A stretch of 63,942 nucleotides of DNA, filler included, from 7 parts of 7 records of this genome joined end to end with filler, not necessarily neighbours in it; one strand, 5' to 3'. Counted from the whole stretch's first letter, positions 10,559 through 27,311 are shown. Notes: a model not told the origin generated them from the sequence alone. Translations and numbers: made by a program.

Positions 10559-10618
10559 GTCTCTGGGATCCTGCCGGCCGGCGCAGCCGGCCTTTCGCGG
10601 GCGGGGCCCGCTCGCACA
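10558..10618. repeat. Composite REP-like unit at contig end
   Basis: ggtctctgggatcctgccgg + ccggcgcagccgg + cctttcgcgggcggggcccgctcgcaca; same layout as 7468-7529. Confidence 0.88.
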
Positions 10619-10620
10619 GG

Positions 10621-10720
10621 NNNNNNNNNNNNNNNNNNNNNNNNNNNNNNNNNNNNNNNNNNNNTTAATTAATTAANNNNNNNNNNNNNNNNNNNNNNNN
10701 NNNNNNNNNNNNNNNNNNNN
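10621..10720. other. Artificial contig linker (N44-TTAATTAATTAA-N44)
   Basis: All-frame stop cassette in Ns; identical at six places. Confidence 0.99.
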
Positions 10721-11501
10721 GAGCCAGGGCCTCTGTTGGTTGGGGTATTGGGGCTCCGCGTCTGCATTTGGTGCGGCGGGTCACACCTTGCGCGTGTATT
10801 TGGCTGCATCTCCTCTTGGTCGGGTACGTGCCGCTGCTCGTTGCTTGCTCGACGTCTCAGGTCTCCTGTGTGCGGGTAGAAGTGCGGTGTAGTAGCGGCA
10901 GAGCAGAGGAATACAGTTTGCGTTTCGTTTGAAGATAGTGGAGGGATCTATATTCCTTTCTGATTCGTTTTGTTGGTGATTTCGTTGAGTGCGGCTCTGC
11001 GCGCCGCGCGTACCGCTCCTGTGCGGCACCCGCCGCGTGTGCCCCGTGCGCTGCTTGGCAGCTGCGCTGTGGGGCGATGAACCTGTGGACACCACGCGCA
11101 GCGTGTAGCTTTCCTTCTTGTCCGCCCTCATATCGCAGAAGTCTGGTAGCAGACGATGTGTTGGATTTCTAGTGGCAGAGGAAAGTGGCCAGGGTGGGCG
11201 CGGTGGGCGCCGCAGAGGCATGCTTGTGGGGCCTTTTCTCGTGTGCGTTTGTGCCTGTGGGTGGCACACGGGGCCCCTGCGGGCCTGTCGCCGGCGGGCC
11301 GCGCACACTGGCACACACATGGCGGCGCACGCGCTGCTGAAGCTGCAGTCGTTTCTCTGGCGCCGAACGGGCTTTGTCCTCGCATTCCCTTCGCCATGGC
11401 CTGACGAGGTGCTATAACTTGTGTCTTCCCACGTTTTGTTGCGCTGTACTGCTCCAGTTCGCTGCGAATCATCCAACAGCCCTTGACTTGCATTTCTAAC
11501 C

Positions 11502-12664
11502 ATGCCGCCCAAGTTCGACCCCAACCGCGTTGATGTACGTATCTGCGAAGAGCTGCGAACGCGCCCCCCCTTTCTCGACTAGTGCGGCGGGTTTGTCTGC
11601 TGTACCTTCCGCCGCTTTCCGAGTCCATGTGTAAGCGCACGTACGCCAAATGCAGCGAAAACCTGGTTTGGTCAAGTGCATGATGGAGAGTGATGCCTTG
11701 TTGTCGCCCTGATTTCCTCTAGTTTTTCCTGCTGCAGTCAGTTTGCCGCGCGAGTCAGACGCGGCTGTGGACTGTGGTGCAACGAATTTTGGCTGCGCCT
11801 CTCCTCCTCCGTGCAAGGGTGCTAGTGGCTGTTTGTTCGGCCTTGCTTCCCACTTTGCTGCCGGCCGACGAACTTTTCCTTCCCGCCACTGTGTGCATCC
11901 TATTCTGTAGATCGTGTACGTGCGCGCCGTCGGTGGCGAAACTGCCCCGGCGTCGACGCTCGCACCGAAGATCGGTCCCCTCGGTCTGTCTCCGAAGAAA
12001 ATCGGTGATGACATCATGAAGGCGACCAAGGACTGGAAGGGTCTCCGTGTCACTGTCAAGCTGACCATCCAGAACCGTATTGCAAAGGCCGAGGTCGTGC
12101 CCTCTGCCGCATCGCTGGTTATCAAGGCGCTCAAGGAGCCCGTCCGCGACCGTAAGAAGGATAAGAACAGTACGTTCGGAAGCGTCCGTTTTGTTGCGTG
12201 CTCTCTTCGATTTGGGAGGTGTTGGGTGCGCGTGTGCAACAGTGGGCTGAACGCTTGTGCGCGCAACTGTCTCGCGTTGTTCACGTGCGGTTTTCCACGT
12301 GCACCTCTCGCCGACTCCCGAGCCCTACGCCACTGCTGACTTTGTTGGCCCGTCGCGCGCCCGGCGCGAGGAGTCATTGTGAAAGGCGAATGAGCTGACA
12401 AGTTTGACAAATGCCGCTCGCATTTGGCCTGTATCGTTTCTGTTGGAAATGCGTGCAGTTCTTCACAACGGAAACATCGCACTCAAGGACGTCTACGAGA
12501 TCGCACGCACGATGCGCGCGCGCTCGATGGCCAAAGAGTTCTCCGGCACCGTCCGCGAGATTCTGGGGACGGCCCGTTCGGTCGGCTGCACTGTCGACGG
12601 AAAGGCCCCGCAGGACCTCATCGATGCTATCCGCAGCGGCGAGCTCGAGACGCCTGCTGAGTAA
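11502..12664 (+). CDS. RPL12: 60S ribosomal protein L12 (uL11), 3 exons: 11502-11534, 11911-12169, 12459-12664
   Basis: Spliced product [49 protein letters not shown]..; both introns GT..AG and frame-consistent. Confidence 0.97.
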
Positions 12665-12787
12665 GCGACCGCTGTCGCTGGGAGGATCTTTCTCCGCCAA
12701 CGTGCTCTCGTGCGGGCGAAGAGACTGTGCTATGCGCAGAGCGTGGTAGGCTTCGTCGGCGTTTTGGTGCTTGCGCTTGCGCTTGCA

Positions 12788-12813
12788 TCGTCGTCGTCGT
12801 CGTCGTCGTCGTC
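12788..12813. repeat. (TCG)n microsatellite
   Basis: about 8.5 perfect TCG units downstream of the RPL12 stop. Confidence 0.9.
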
Positions 12814-13161
12814 TACGTAGAATGCGCAGTTGCACGATATTCTGTTTCTTTTCCCGTAAAGAGTCGCGGATGGTTTTGAAATGCAGCCTTATCGATACTG
12901 TTTCCCCGCATTTCCGCGACCGCGTCGCGTGCGCTTCTTGGTCACGGCATGTATTCTATCAGGCACAGCACAGCACAGCCACTCGCGCACTGTGCTCCTT
13001 CCGCGCGCACGCGCTAGTGGCGCAAGGACGAATAGCATGGTCTTTGCCATAAAGCACCTCTCCCCATTCCCACTTGAATATGTGAAACAGTCCGGGCTGC
13101 ACAACTCGATACCCACGTGCGTCGCGAGGGATTGCAAGCAGCAGGATGAAGCATAGTTGTG

Positions 13162-16297
<3,136 letters not shown>

Positions 16298-19200
16298 ATT
16301 TTTTTAAACGGGGCTTATTATCTGTGCGCAGATCCTGAAGGCGCTTTGCCGTAGCCTATCCAAGCGCACGTTGGCTTTGGACACCCTTCCCGCTGACGGA
16401 GTTGCGCTCTCAACGCAGCGGAAACGCCCGGGAACGCCTATCCGTTGCGAACGCAACGGTGCTCGCGGAAATATAAAAGAAGGAGGCGATCCTCCACAAT
16501 CACCACCAGTCAGATAGCTCTCTCAACGAAGCGAAGGACGCGCCGTGCACCGAGACACAAACTGCAAGCGCGGCAGCGGCAGGCTAGCGTACAAACTAGG
16601 AAAGCACGGTGCTCGGCGCGCGAGCACGGCGATGCCGCTCAGCGTTGTGATGACACAAAGGAGCGGAACTGTGAGACGGCGCGCGGTGGTCTCGTGTAGC
16701 CTCCAGGAGGCGCCAGCTCCTCTGTCAGCCGCATGCTTGGCTTCGATGCGCCGGCCTACGATCAATTGGTACGCCATGGACGTTTCGCGGTGCGCAGCGG
16801 CTGATAGGATGCACTTCCAGGAGGATAAATTATGCAAAGCGACATAGTGCAGCATGCCGAGGTATTTTTGCTATATCGCACTCAATTGGTGAAATTTGCA
16901 AATTTGATCGCGCATGCACCCTTCCAAACAGTGGTTGCCATTTCCTTCGCGGAGACGAGCTTGAGACAAGTGGCGGGCCTCATTAGTTTCGATGCGTCGC
17001 CAGCGCTAACACTTTTGTTGACTATCGCTGCACTTTGGCGGTTGCGGCCTACTGTATGATTGTCGCGCAGCCGCGTCTGGAACATTGCGCGGGGAAGCAG
17101 AGTGACCAGTCTGCTCTACTGCGCGCGCGACCGCCTTCACCCTGCCAAGGCGTCTTACCAGCTTCCCTGTCGGCCGCCAGGCGAAGTACCTCACGCAGGC
17201 TCTTGAAGCCAAGTTTCCTGTGTGCATGATCCATTGTCTTCACGATATAATTCTACGACTGGTGTTATGGAAACTTTTTCCGCTTTCTCAGTTGCGTGCG
17301 CGTTTGAGCACCTCGCTGCGTACGGGCTGGACACAAGGGCGACTCGTCAGCAGGTGTGCTTGCGCGCGCGCTGTCAGCGTTTCAAGTGCGTGCAGTTTCG
17401 CACGCTGTGTGCGCTGAGGCCTGCTATTCGCCAGTTTGATGATTCCCATGTACTGGTCGATTTGACACAGAGAGAAACGAAATTTTTGTTAGAAGAAGAA
17501 TTCGTTATCTGTTTCCCGCGTGATAGAATGGATGTACAATGCCGAGACGCTGCTTTGCCGAGAACCTACGGTGCAGGCGCAGCATGCTTGCACGCGTGTC
17601 GCTGCCTGTGTTGTCGCACGAGCTGCGCGCGTCCTTGCGCACTTCTTTCTCACCAGCCGCTTTTCGCCGGGTCATTTTTTTTGAGGAGTGGTGGGGAAAT
17701 GCCGATTACACAAATCCTTCCATCGATTGGTTCGATATTATACTTTGCTTTCTTGCAGTGCTCTCTCGCTAGTCTGCTCTGATTATGCTGCTGCCTGTCC
17801 GCGCTCACCCTCTGACGCCGATACATTTTCCCCCGTCCCACGGTTCGGTAGGCTCGACTGTCAGCAAAGCTTCGGGGATTCTCGCCGGGCGTCGTTTTGT
17901 CCAAGCACTATGCGGGTGTCTTGCATTCATGGTCTGAATGCATGATTGGGAGTCTTTTTCGCTCGTACGCTTTGCAAGAGGTACGGCATGTGCAACCACG
18001 AGTGCATGCAACACGAGAAGGCTGCGCTGTTGGCCTAGTGGAGTGTGGTTGACCTGTGCAGCCCGTTGCCTCGTCCTCAGCTCACAGGGATCGCACTTGC
18101 TCCGCGTGCATCGTAGGACTTTACACAGTCTACATCTTCTTTTATTTCGGGGTTTACATATGGAGGTATTGAAGGAATTTTACGTGGGCCTAATGCTGCT
18201 GTAAAGACGGCGCGGCAACTTGGCGCGACGCCGAGCACTCGTACGTTTGCCAGCGGATTGTATTGCTGACTCAACTCGTGCGTCTGTTGCAACGTGCATG
18301 TGGAATTTTTCTCTCCGCTTCTCTTTTTTTGCAATGCTGAAGGATGTGAGTCAGACCACGGCTTCATTGAGTCTCTCATAGTTTGCTGTGCTGATTGCAT
18401 TGCCATATAGCGTGATTCTGGGAGTATGAATGTACTGTTTGCAGTCGAATCGCGCTGACTGCGCCACCGATGCAGTGCTTGTTCGGGAATTCCAAGCGGC
18501 TGCACACTCCGATGCCGTTTGCTGCCCGTGACAGCCCTGCTACCCTTCTTTCGCGGAGAATCCTTTCTCATTGACGCTTGTTGCCTGCCAACCGATGTGG
18601 CGTACTTCGATGTGTACAGTTTCTACCATGCTAAGGAAGGACTTGAATGTGACCACGAGGTTTGCGGCACTGCACAGCGTTCGGTGCGGCCTTGCTGCCG
18701 GTGCGGGCGTGGCAATTCTTCGCAGCGTTTCCGATGCGCTGTCAGATTCACCCAGCGATGGCGGGAGCGGCGGTATGGAGCAAACATCGGCATTTGCGCG
18801 ATGCTGTGCGGCCATTTGTGCGTCATGCGCTGCGGTTCTGATCAGCCACCCTGTCGCAACTTTTCAGACCGTACGTTGCAACGCTGCCATCGTCTTTCGC
18901 ACAATGCACGGAACTGCATCGGTAGTGCAACAGTGACATGTCTGCGGTCTGCCGGGCTGGGGCATATGGCAAATTTCTCTTGCTTTGGTGAACTACAAAC
19001 CTTGTTAATAGTTCTCACATTGCTACTTCGTGCGCTCATCGGGTGGTATGCAGATTCTGATGGCCCAGTGTGTGGCACCAGCTTCACCGTATACAGCATT
19101 GCGTTGCGCACAGCATGCGCACGCATACCCCACGACATGGCTGCGCAAGTCACTCGTCTCTTCCGCCCCACCGCTGCTTGCCAGGGCCACGTTTGGATCC

Positions 19201-20257
19201 ATTTTCTTTTTGTACGCCTATGATGTGCTTGTGTGACGTAAAACACGCTCTATTATGGTTAAACGCGTGCTTTATTGAGTATGAAATAGGGATGGAATGG
19301 GCCTGCGGTGCGCTTTGGTCAGGAGCAGCGCGAGTAGTTTCTCCAATCGCGCATACGAGTGCAGTCGCTCTGCGGAATTGTCGATCTATCGCGAAGTGTT
19401 TACACGCTTTTCGATACTGTAAATAAAGAATACGTACTTTTGGACTCATTGGAAATGCGGAACGAAGCCCTGCCGTTTGATATTTTCTTTTTGGAAGCGG
19501 CCATTCTTGCCTCTCCGGTGGGCTCCCGGCCGTCTCGACGATGATTGTTTTCGTTTCCGTGCGCTGTCTGCTTGCGCACAATGGACCGTCGCTGCGAATG
19601 CCCCTCAGCTCTATGAAGTGATGTGGTATTGCTTCTTCTTCCTCTTGTGTTCTCGTTGTTATATGCGTAGCGCGCATATCATGGAATGGCAGGAGGACCA
19701 TGTCGAGCTCTGCCCAAGGCATTGACTCAGCTTCCGCAAGGATTGATTCGATTCCCAGCTTCCAGAAAGCAAGAACAACGGAACTTGAGAAATCGCTGCG
19801 ACGCAAGCGCTCACGAACACCTGTACTTCGTGGCGTGTTGCAGTAGCTTTGCGGCCGGTAGCTTTTTGGCAACTCGTTTCCAGGAGTGTTAAGAAGCGTT
19901 CATACTGATTGGGTGCAAGGTTTTGGAAAAAAAGGTTGTATAGCGGAAGGATGCGCTGGCAACGGTCGGCGTTCTTGCGCGCACACCTCGAGAGCGCCCG
20001 CTGCAGCCTCGCTGCTCTCAAGCAACGGCGAGTCGGCCAGTGCAGCGCCGGTTCGCCACCTTTACTCCACCCTATTACCACAACCAATCCAAACGCATCG
20101 TCGCTGCTTGCTATCCGTCTCTTCATGCGAGCTCAGTGCTGCACAGCGCCCCACTTTCCTGCCGCCTCCGTGCAAGGTGGCTTTCGGAAGGGAGAGGCCT
20201 CACCATTGCCTGGGCGAACTGACTCTTCCCCGAAAACAGTACATCTATCAGTTGACG

Positions 20258-23200
20258 ATGGGCAGTGAAAATGGCAACGTAGCACCCAGTGTGCGTCCAG
20301 AGGGAGTGGGAATCCTGGGAATGGAGGTCTACTTTCCTGCCACGTTTGTCGAGCAAGCTGACCTCGGTGCGTGGGTGTCTTGCGAGGATTATTTCTCCTC
20401 TCAGTTGCAGCAGCCAACGCTGCCCACTTGCCGTTTGTTGATCCGGCGTACCGTGTGGACGCCGTCTTGGTGCGATTCTTTCATTAACACCGAGGCTAAT
20501 ATCAGCTCTCTTCGTATGCACCTTGTTTTCTGGAGCGTTGCAACCTTCTTCCCGTGTAAAATCGCCGTGCACCACTTGCAGCACAGTGAACGAGGGCGGC
20601 ACGCGCGCAGTGCTACGCGGCGCAGCAGTCCCGTCTTGCGCTTTGTTTTCGTTTGTTGCGCCTGCGCGACGCTCGGGTCTTGCCTTTTGCTTTGGAGAAC
20701 GTAAAATACCCGTGGTATTGATTCAGATGAACGCATAGGTAGTTTTCTTTTTCGCAGTTATGGGTGAAAATGTGCAGCGCGTCGCCGTTGGCAGTTTTTG
20801 CTGCGCCGCTGGCGAGCAACGGAGGGCGCTGTCTCGTCCGCCCCCTTGGCGACAAGCAGCGCGCGTGCAACGGCGCTGCGCTTGCGCTCTACGTTGCCGC
20901 ATAGCGTTCCGTGCCGCCACCACCCCGCCTCCCACGACTGCAACGCTCTAATTATGTTCCTCTATATGTTATCACCCAAATCACTGTGTAAATTTTATCG
21001 CGTGAAGAGGCCCATGATGGTGTTTCGGCTGGCAAGTACACCATCGGGCTCGGCCAGGATCGGATGGCGTTCTGCAACGACAGGGAGGACATTCACAGCA
21101 TTTGCCTTACCGGTACGCGAGGCCGGACGCCCGTGCGCTGCAGGCATTGCTTCTAAGCACTTTTTCATGCGAGGGTGGCTCTCCTAACGGTGCACGTGTA
21201 TGTGTTTGCGAGTGAACTTATTCTCTGTAGCGTGCTATTGAGCTGGAAAATTTTCGTGCGTTTCCCGGGTGAATCTGCAAGCTGCGTGCAGTGAAATTTT
21301 GGCGTAGCGTTGGGCGAGGGCTGTTTGTCGCCAAAAGGTTCAACACCACACAGAGCGCGCCTGCGCTTGTCTGGCAAACTTGTGCCCTGCACGCGCGTTT
21401 CTCCTGTGCCCCCCCCTTCCTCATCGCAAGGTGTCCTGCACCGATTATTGTGGAATCCTACGCAGTTTTCGATCGTTTGCTAAGCAAGTACAATGTTTCA
21501 CCGGCTGAAGTCGGACGGCTCGAGGTGGGGACGGAAACAATCATTGACAAGTCAAAGTCGGTGAAGTCGGTGCTTATGCGCGTGCTGCGCCGCGAGGGCA
21601 ACCACGACGTCGAAGGTATGCTCCGAGCGCACACTCGCCCACAAGCGCTCCGTATTGCGTGCGAGGAAGCTCATAATTGCGATATGTACCTTGCTGCATT
21701 GTGGCAACATATCAGAATTCATTTGCGACGGTGATTTCGCCCCCCTGGCGGTATAGTTCTCTGTGTGATTGGGGAATAGGCTCTCTTGTGGCGCGCGGGC
21801 GAACGTGTGCTTGTTCGGTTTTCTTGCTGAGCTTCACCGTTATGCGCCCGCTTCCATCCTGTACAGGCATCGATACAACAAATGCGTGTTACGGCGGAAC
21901 AAATGCACTTTTCAACTGCGTCAACTGGGTAGAGTCATCTGCGTGGGACGGAAGGTAAGCATGTTGTGCAGGATGCCCCCCCCTTGTCGTTGAAGTACTG
22001 TATCTGGAGTTGATGCTTGAAATTGGTAGCGCGCTGCGCAGAGGTGCTCTTAGTACTCGTATTTGCCGCAGTGGCGAGTCGGCTCTGGTCACAGAATTGG
22101 CGAGGCCGAGTTCGCACGCAGCGCGCTGGGCGAGCCGCTTGCGGCGCTTCTGCGCCTTGTTGCTGTACCGCGATGCCCACGGGACCGCCTTCTGCTCAGT
22201 ATATAAGCTTGATCATACCAGCGGCCCGTGCATAGAGGCGCGATACAGCTGTAGGTCTAGTGAGCTGTAGATTGTATTTTTCTGCTCCGGAAGCGTGCTT
22301 GCATTCCCTGTGCACAATGTATCCGTATGAGCAGCGCGTCTCCTTGCGACGTGTGAGCCCGTGTTGCCATCTGGCGCTCTCTCACACGTCCTCTTGTTTC
22401 GCCATATTTTCCATCACAAATGTTGTTTCCATCGGATCGATATGATTTTCTCACGTGCACTTTTCTGCTTTGCGCAATATTGTGCAGATACGCCGTTTGC
22501 GTTTGTGGTGACATTGCCGTGTACGCGAAGGGAAACGCGCGCCCTACCGGGGGGTGTGGCGCAGTCGCCATGCTCGTTGGACCCAACGCGCCGCTCGTTC
22601 TCGAGTCAGGTACGGGGTGCACTCTCTGCAGAATATAGTAATGACGACACAAAAAGGCAGAGATTATTTTGCAAAAAAAGTTTTGTCCGCGTTTCAGCCC
22701 ACTCCAGTCTCGCATAGAACGCTTGAGCGTGTTGGGGGACTATCCCGCTGTGTCGGGAGGGCACAACTGCGGCTTTACGACAGTGTACTGATGGATTCTC
22801 CTTACCGGATGTGTGTTGGGCTGACTCCCTTCCTCGCGGATGGGTCGCTGTTTCAAGCGATTCGCGCGTCGTACATGGACGACGCTTACGACTTTTACAA
22901 GCCGGATTTGACGTCTGAATATCCGACAGTCGACGGCCAGCTTTCAATGCAATGCTACTTCAAGGCTCTGGACCACTGCTACAGGTACGCAGCGATGCCG
23001 ACTTGACAGGCGTCGCAATTGCACTGTGTGCATTCTGAATAATAGTGCAAAGTCGTTCGGACATGCTATTTGCGGAGACTGATGCTCGCGCACTGTGCAC
23101 CAGTCGGCAAGATGGTGAGCCTTGGTCGATGCAAGTCCCATCGCGCTGCAGAGCGCTCCTCTCGTCCTGCCCGCTGCTCCTTCGCTCCACGCCGTTGGCT

Positions 23201-25222
23201 GAATTGTGTCGCTACTCACTCTGTGCATCAATGGTTTCTTCGCTACGCAGAGGGTTTTGCGCCAAACTGGCGACCAAAACAGGAGAACAGCTGTCGCAGG
23301 CGTCTGTGGACTTTTTGTGCATGCACAGTCCGTTCAACAAGCTCGTACAGAAGTCGTTTGGGCGACTGTTGCTGAACGACGCCCTGCGCGATGCGAGTAG
23401 TGACGCGTACGTTGAATTTTTACATGGAATGCAAAAGTAGCTCTAAGAAGTAGTTGCGCTGCTGTCATTGTTGGAAGTTCCGTTGTCGTACGCGCGTACT
23501 TTTGGTGCTCGTGCCTGTAGTACTTTTGCACAGGCCTTTCTCGTTGAGTTGCTCGGCAGTTTCCTGGTACATCATTCGTAGATGGCGGTGTCGTAGCTAC
23601 TTGAAAAAACAAACAAACGAATTGAGCCACTTCAGACCGACTCAAACTCTGGTCGAGGATCACAACTGCGCTTTCTGGATTGTGCACATACGACGCGAAT
23701 TACCATTGTCGTGACGTAGGTTGTTTTGTCTTTGCTTCGTGGTATTTGTCTGCGCTCCCGGAATGCGAGTGCTGAAGGGGGATTTCCCTGCTCACTGTCT
23801 TTCTTGCGCGGCTCACGTCGGTGTTCCTGTCTCTTTCTCGTTTGCTTTGCGGGATCTCGTTTGGCTATTTGTCTGCATCATGTGTGAGAACAGAGCAAAG
23901 AAGCTCGCGGAGTTTGGGCCGCTCTCTGAGGAAGCTTCCTACGCCAACCGCGATCTGGACAAGTTTCTCGTCCAGGCATCCAAGGGTCGCTACGACACGG
24001 CATGTCGGCCTTCCACGTTCGCCGCGCGCCTCTGTGGAAACATGTACACGGCATCGCTGTACGGCAGTTTGATCTCGTTGATTGATCAAGTGAGTGAGGA
24101 ACAGCTGCAGGGCTCGCGGATTCTAATGTTCTCGTATGGTTCAGGGCTTGCGGTACGTTATGCGCGCTGTCGACGAGAGAAACGAGCTCTGTGGTATTAA
24201 CGATTTGGTGGTTCAGAGCTCGTTAGCCCGGGAAAATGTCGTCTCTACGATGCACCACGCACCTGGAGCGTGTGCTGCGATTCCTGCGTGTGTTTCTATT
24301 GAAACTCGTGTGCAACAAGCAGCACATCGCGAGCTCTGCTCGCTGTCAGCTGGTTTAGAGGGCGAGAGAAGGTGCGCCGACCTCTGCGCGTTTGGTGTAC
24401 ATGGTGCGGATTGTATCTTTGTTCTGGAGTATGGTGCCTTTTCCAGATCTTTCTCGATTTCTGCGCTTACGTACGGGCCTGTCGATCTGCGGGTTGTCTC
24501 CCGTTCTATCTCTTCTAGGCTACGATGTTTTCACTCCGTGTGGCCGGCTCACTCGCTTCGATCCGGGAAAAGGTGCGTGTAGACACAGTGCGCACGCTTT
24601 TGGTGCATTCCTTTCAGCTATTGTGCGCGTCGACTACCAGTATCTCCATAAACGGTATGTCACTGGAGAGAACTTCCGCTCATCTTCGTGTTGTGTGTAT
24701 CGGTTCGGATCATTGTACTGGAACAAGCATTCATAGTGTGCATCCTGCTGGGCGATTGTTTCGTCCCTTGTATGGTGCATGGACTGTGCAGATATCTCTT
24801 AGCGCGCGATTGGAATCGCGCACAAAGTGCACCCCGGAGGAGTTCGAACGAGCGCTCGAGCTGCGCGAGCAGTTGCACGGCAAGTGCGGCGTGACTCCAC
24901 AGGGCGACACGAAGCATATGGAAAAGGTGTGTGCAGAGTACCTCTGTGATCCGTGTGCTTGTGGCATGCAATGCGGACGGTTTGTGATACCTTGCGGAGT
25001 TTGCAAAAGGCAATTTTGGTTTGCTTCGTTTCTTATGCGCAGTTGGTGCCACAATTGTGGATAGGAGTATGACCCCAGAGTTCGTTCTCGGCGCGAATGC
25101 ATGCTCTGGTAACCGTTGTCGCGCTCGGTCTCTTCTGGCGCTGCTTTCTTCTTTTTTTTCAGGGCACCTATTTCTTGGTGGAAATTGATGACAAGTTCCG
25201 TCGCACGTACGAGTGCGCGTGA
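20258..25222 (+). CDS. HMGCS: Hydroxymethylglutaryl-CoA synthase, eukaryotic type, 11 exons
   Basis: [80 protein letters not shown]; last exon 25163-25222 [19 protein letters not shown]. Confidence 0.96.
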
Positions 25223-26113
25223 GTGCAGGCGTCTTGGTTTCTTTGCTTTGCGGCGGAATGCTTCTCTGCGGTCTCTTGGCGGCCGTCCATGCGGCTGAGA
25301 CAGCGCTACGGGTCGGTGGTCCGTCGCGAGCGCTTGGCTTGCGCTTCCCGCTGGCTCGTTTACTTCCGGGCACGATGCTGCGTCCTTTGTTTCGCCCCTG
25401 CTCTATGTTCATATTCACTGCTCCGTGCTGGCTATCGGAGACGGGTTCATGTGGTGCTTAACACGGTGTACTGGCGGTGCTTTAATACACGACATCACGT
25501 CCGACACCGAAGAGGGCGTTGTGCAGACGCGTCGTCGGAAGTGCTCGCTCACAGCGCCGTTCTGCGAGGATCTCTTGTGCGTTTGCCCTTCCCTCTCCCT
25601 TACTTGTTTGCAGGCCAAGGTATTTGCTGTTGCAAATCTTGCGCTTGCTGCAAAGCAACTTCGCCATCGTCTCTGGCGCAGCGGCCAGAGCCACGCAGTG
25701 ATCGTGTACGCCAGTGAGGGTGGGGGTGTTTGGGACGTGCGCTTGCTGCTGTCCGTCTTCCTGTGCCGGATAAGGGTATCGACTGAGAAAATGTCTTTGC
25801 GTAGTATTACTTCCTGATCACCAGAACAGGCCGCCTGGTGCTGTCTGCTAGTGCGCGCACTCGAGCGCGCTTGCCCGCGCGCCTTACAGTCGGTTCTCCC
25901 GCTGTGGGTGGTGCGCAGAAGTCTCATCTTGTCTGTTCTTGGCTGCTCCTGTGTCGACACGGCTTATTACTTTTCGTGATTATGGGGTACGCGTGCGCTG
26001 GGATATTGCTTCCAGGCGATCATCCTAGTCCGGTGCCGTGCGTTGGCGTTGCGCGTCCGTCCCTGTGCAGTGCGCGCGCGGGCTCCGTAAGCACTGTGTG
26101 AACTGCTATTGTG

Positions 26114-26213
26114 NNNNNNNNNNNNNNNNNNNNNNNNNNNNNNNNNNNNNNNNNNNNTTAATTAATTAANNNNNNNNNNNNNNNNNNNNNNNNNNNNNNN
26201 NNNNNNNNNNNNN
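26114..26213. other. Artificial contig linker
   Basis: N44-TTAATTAATTAA-N44. Confidence 0.99.
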
Positions 26214-26556
26214 CGCCATGATGCTGATCCCGCGCCCGGATCTATTGATTGCGGATGAACCGACCAGCGCGTTGGATGTATCCGTTCAGGCGCAGGTGCT
26301 GGATCTGATTGACGAGCTTGTCACTGGCAATGGGATGGGTCTGATCCTGATCAGTCACGACCTTAATCTGGTGGCGCGTTATTGCGACCGGATACTTGTG
26401 ATGAATGCGGGACAGGTTGTGGAAAGCTGCGATGCCGCAGATCTCAAAAACGCAACACACCCCTACACCCGTGGTCTGTTGGCGGCGATTCCGCAAATGC
26501 ATGAAACCCGCGACACGCTTCCGGTTCTTGATCGCAACGCATGGAGCGGAACATGA
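26214..26556 (+). CDS. Dipeptide/oligopeptide ABC ATP-binding protein (DppD-like), 5'-truncated
   Basis: LLIADEPTSALDV, ISHDL, HPYTRGLL. Confidence 0.92.
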
Positions 26557-27311
26557 GTGCTCTTCAGATTGAAAACCTGTCGGTTTCCTATGGCCGGAAT
26601 ACGGTTGTAAAAAACGTCAATATCGACGTCAAAGAAGGCGAAAGCTTTGCCTTGGTCGGGGAAAGCGGGTCGGGCAAATCGACTATCCTCAAGGCGATTG
26701 CAGGGCTTGCACAGGAATGGACCGGCAGGATCAATCTTCTTGGCACCACGCTGCAGCCGGGGCAACGGCTGGCCGGATTTGCACAACAATGTCAGATGGT
26801 TTTTCAGGACCCATATGGGTCCCTGCACCCGCGTAAAACGGTAGACACAGTATTGCGCGAACCGCTGGTGATACATGGTCTGCCGGATCGCAACGAACGG
26901 GTGCAGGATGCCCTGACGATGGTGGGTCTCGACAAACGCTTTCAATTCCGGTTTCCGCATCAGTTGTCAGGCGGGCAGCGCCAGCGGGTCGCGATTGCAC
27001 GCGCCCTAATGTTGCAGCCAAAGGTCATGTTGCTGGATGAACCGACCTCGGCTTTGGATGTCTCGGTGCAGGCAGAGATCCTCAATCTGCTTAAACGGTT
27101 GCGACAGGAGCAGGGGCTGACTTACTTGATGGTCACCCACAACCTGCCCGTTGTCAGCTTTATGTGCGACCGAATGGCAATCATGAAAAATGGGGAAATT
27201 GTGGAAACCGCTCCAGCAAATGCGTTGCACAGCGGTGCGTTTCACGACCCCTACGCCCAACATCTTTACGCAGCCAGTGGTGGCACAGGCAACAACAGTC
27301 AGGCAAGTTAA
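26553..27311 (+). CDS. Dipeptide/oligopeptide ABC ATP-binding protein (DppF-like)
   Basis: GESGSGKS, QMVFQDP, LSGGQRQR, DEPTSALD; ATGA overlap. Confidence 0.93.
   Translation: MSALQIENLSVSYGRNTVVKNVNIDVKEGESFALVGESGSGKSTILKAIAGLAQEWTGRINLLGTTLQPGQRLAGFAQQCQMVFQDPYGSLHPRKTVDTVLREPLVIHGLPDRNERVQDALTMVGLDKRFQFRFPHQLSGGQRQRVAIARALMLQPKVMLLDEPTSALDVSVQAEILNLLKRLRQEQGLTYLMVTHNLPVVSFMCDRMAIMKNGEIVETAPANALHSGAFHDPYAQHLYAASGGTGNNSQAS

Noticed and set aside
10665..10676. TTAATTAATTAA recurring six times as a biological repeat or CRISPR-like element
   Set aside because: Always centred in exactly 44+44 Ns; an artificial all-frame-stop linker
11675..11715. Possible box C/D snoRNA in RPL12 intron 1 (atgatgg..gtgatgc..ctga)
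   Set aside because: Box C imperfect, span too short, no terminal stem or recognisable rRNA guide; a covariance-model search would be needed
16746..16861. Possible PARP-type zinc finger start (..W/RINYAKRHSAACR)
   Set aside because: Needs an atypically short ~50-nt intron, and I could not find exons supplying the remaining Cys/His ligands
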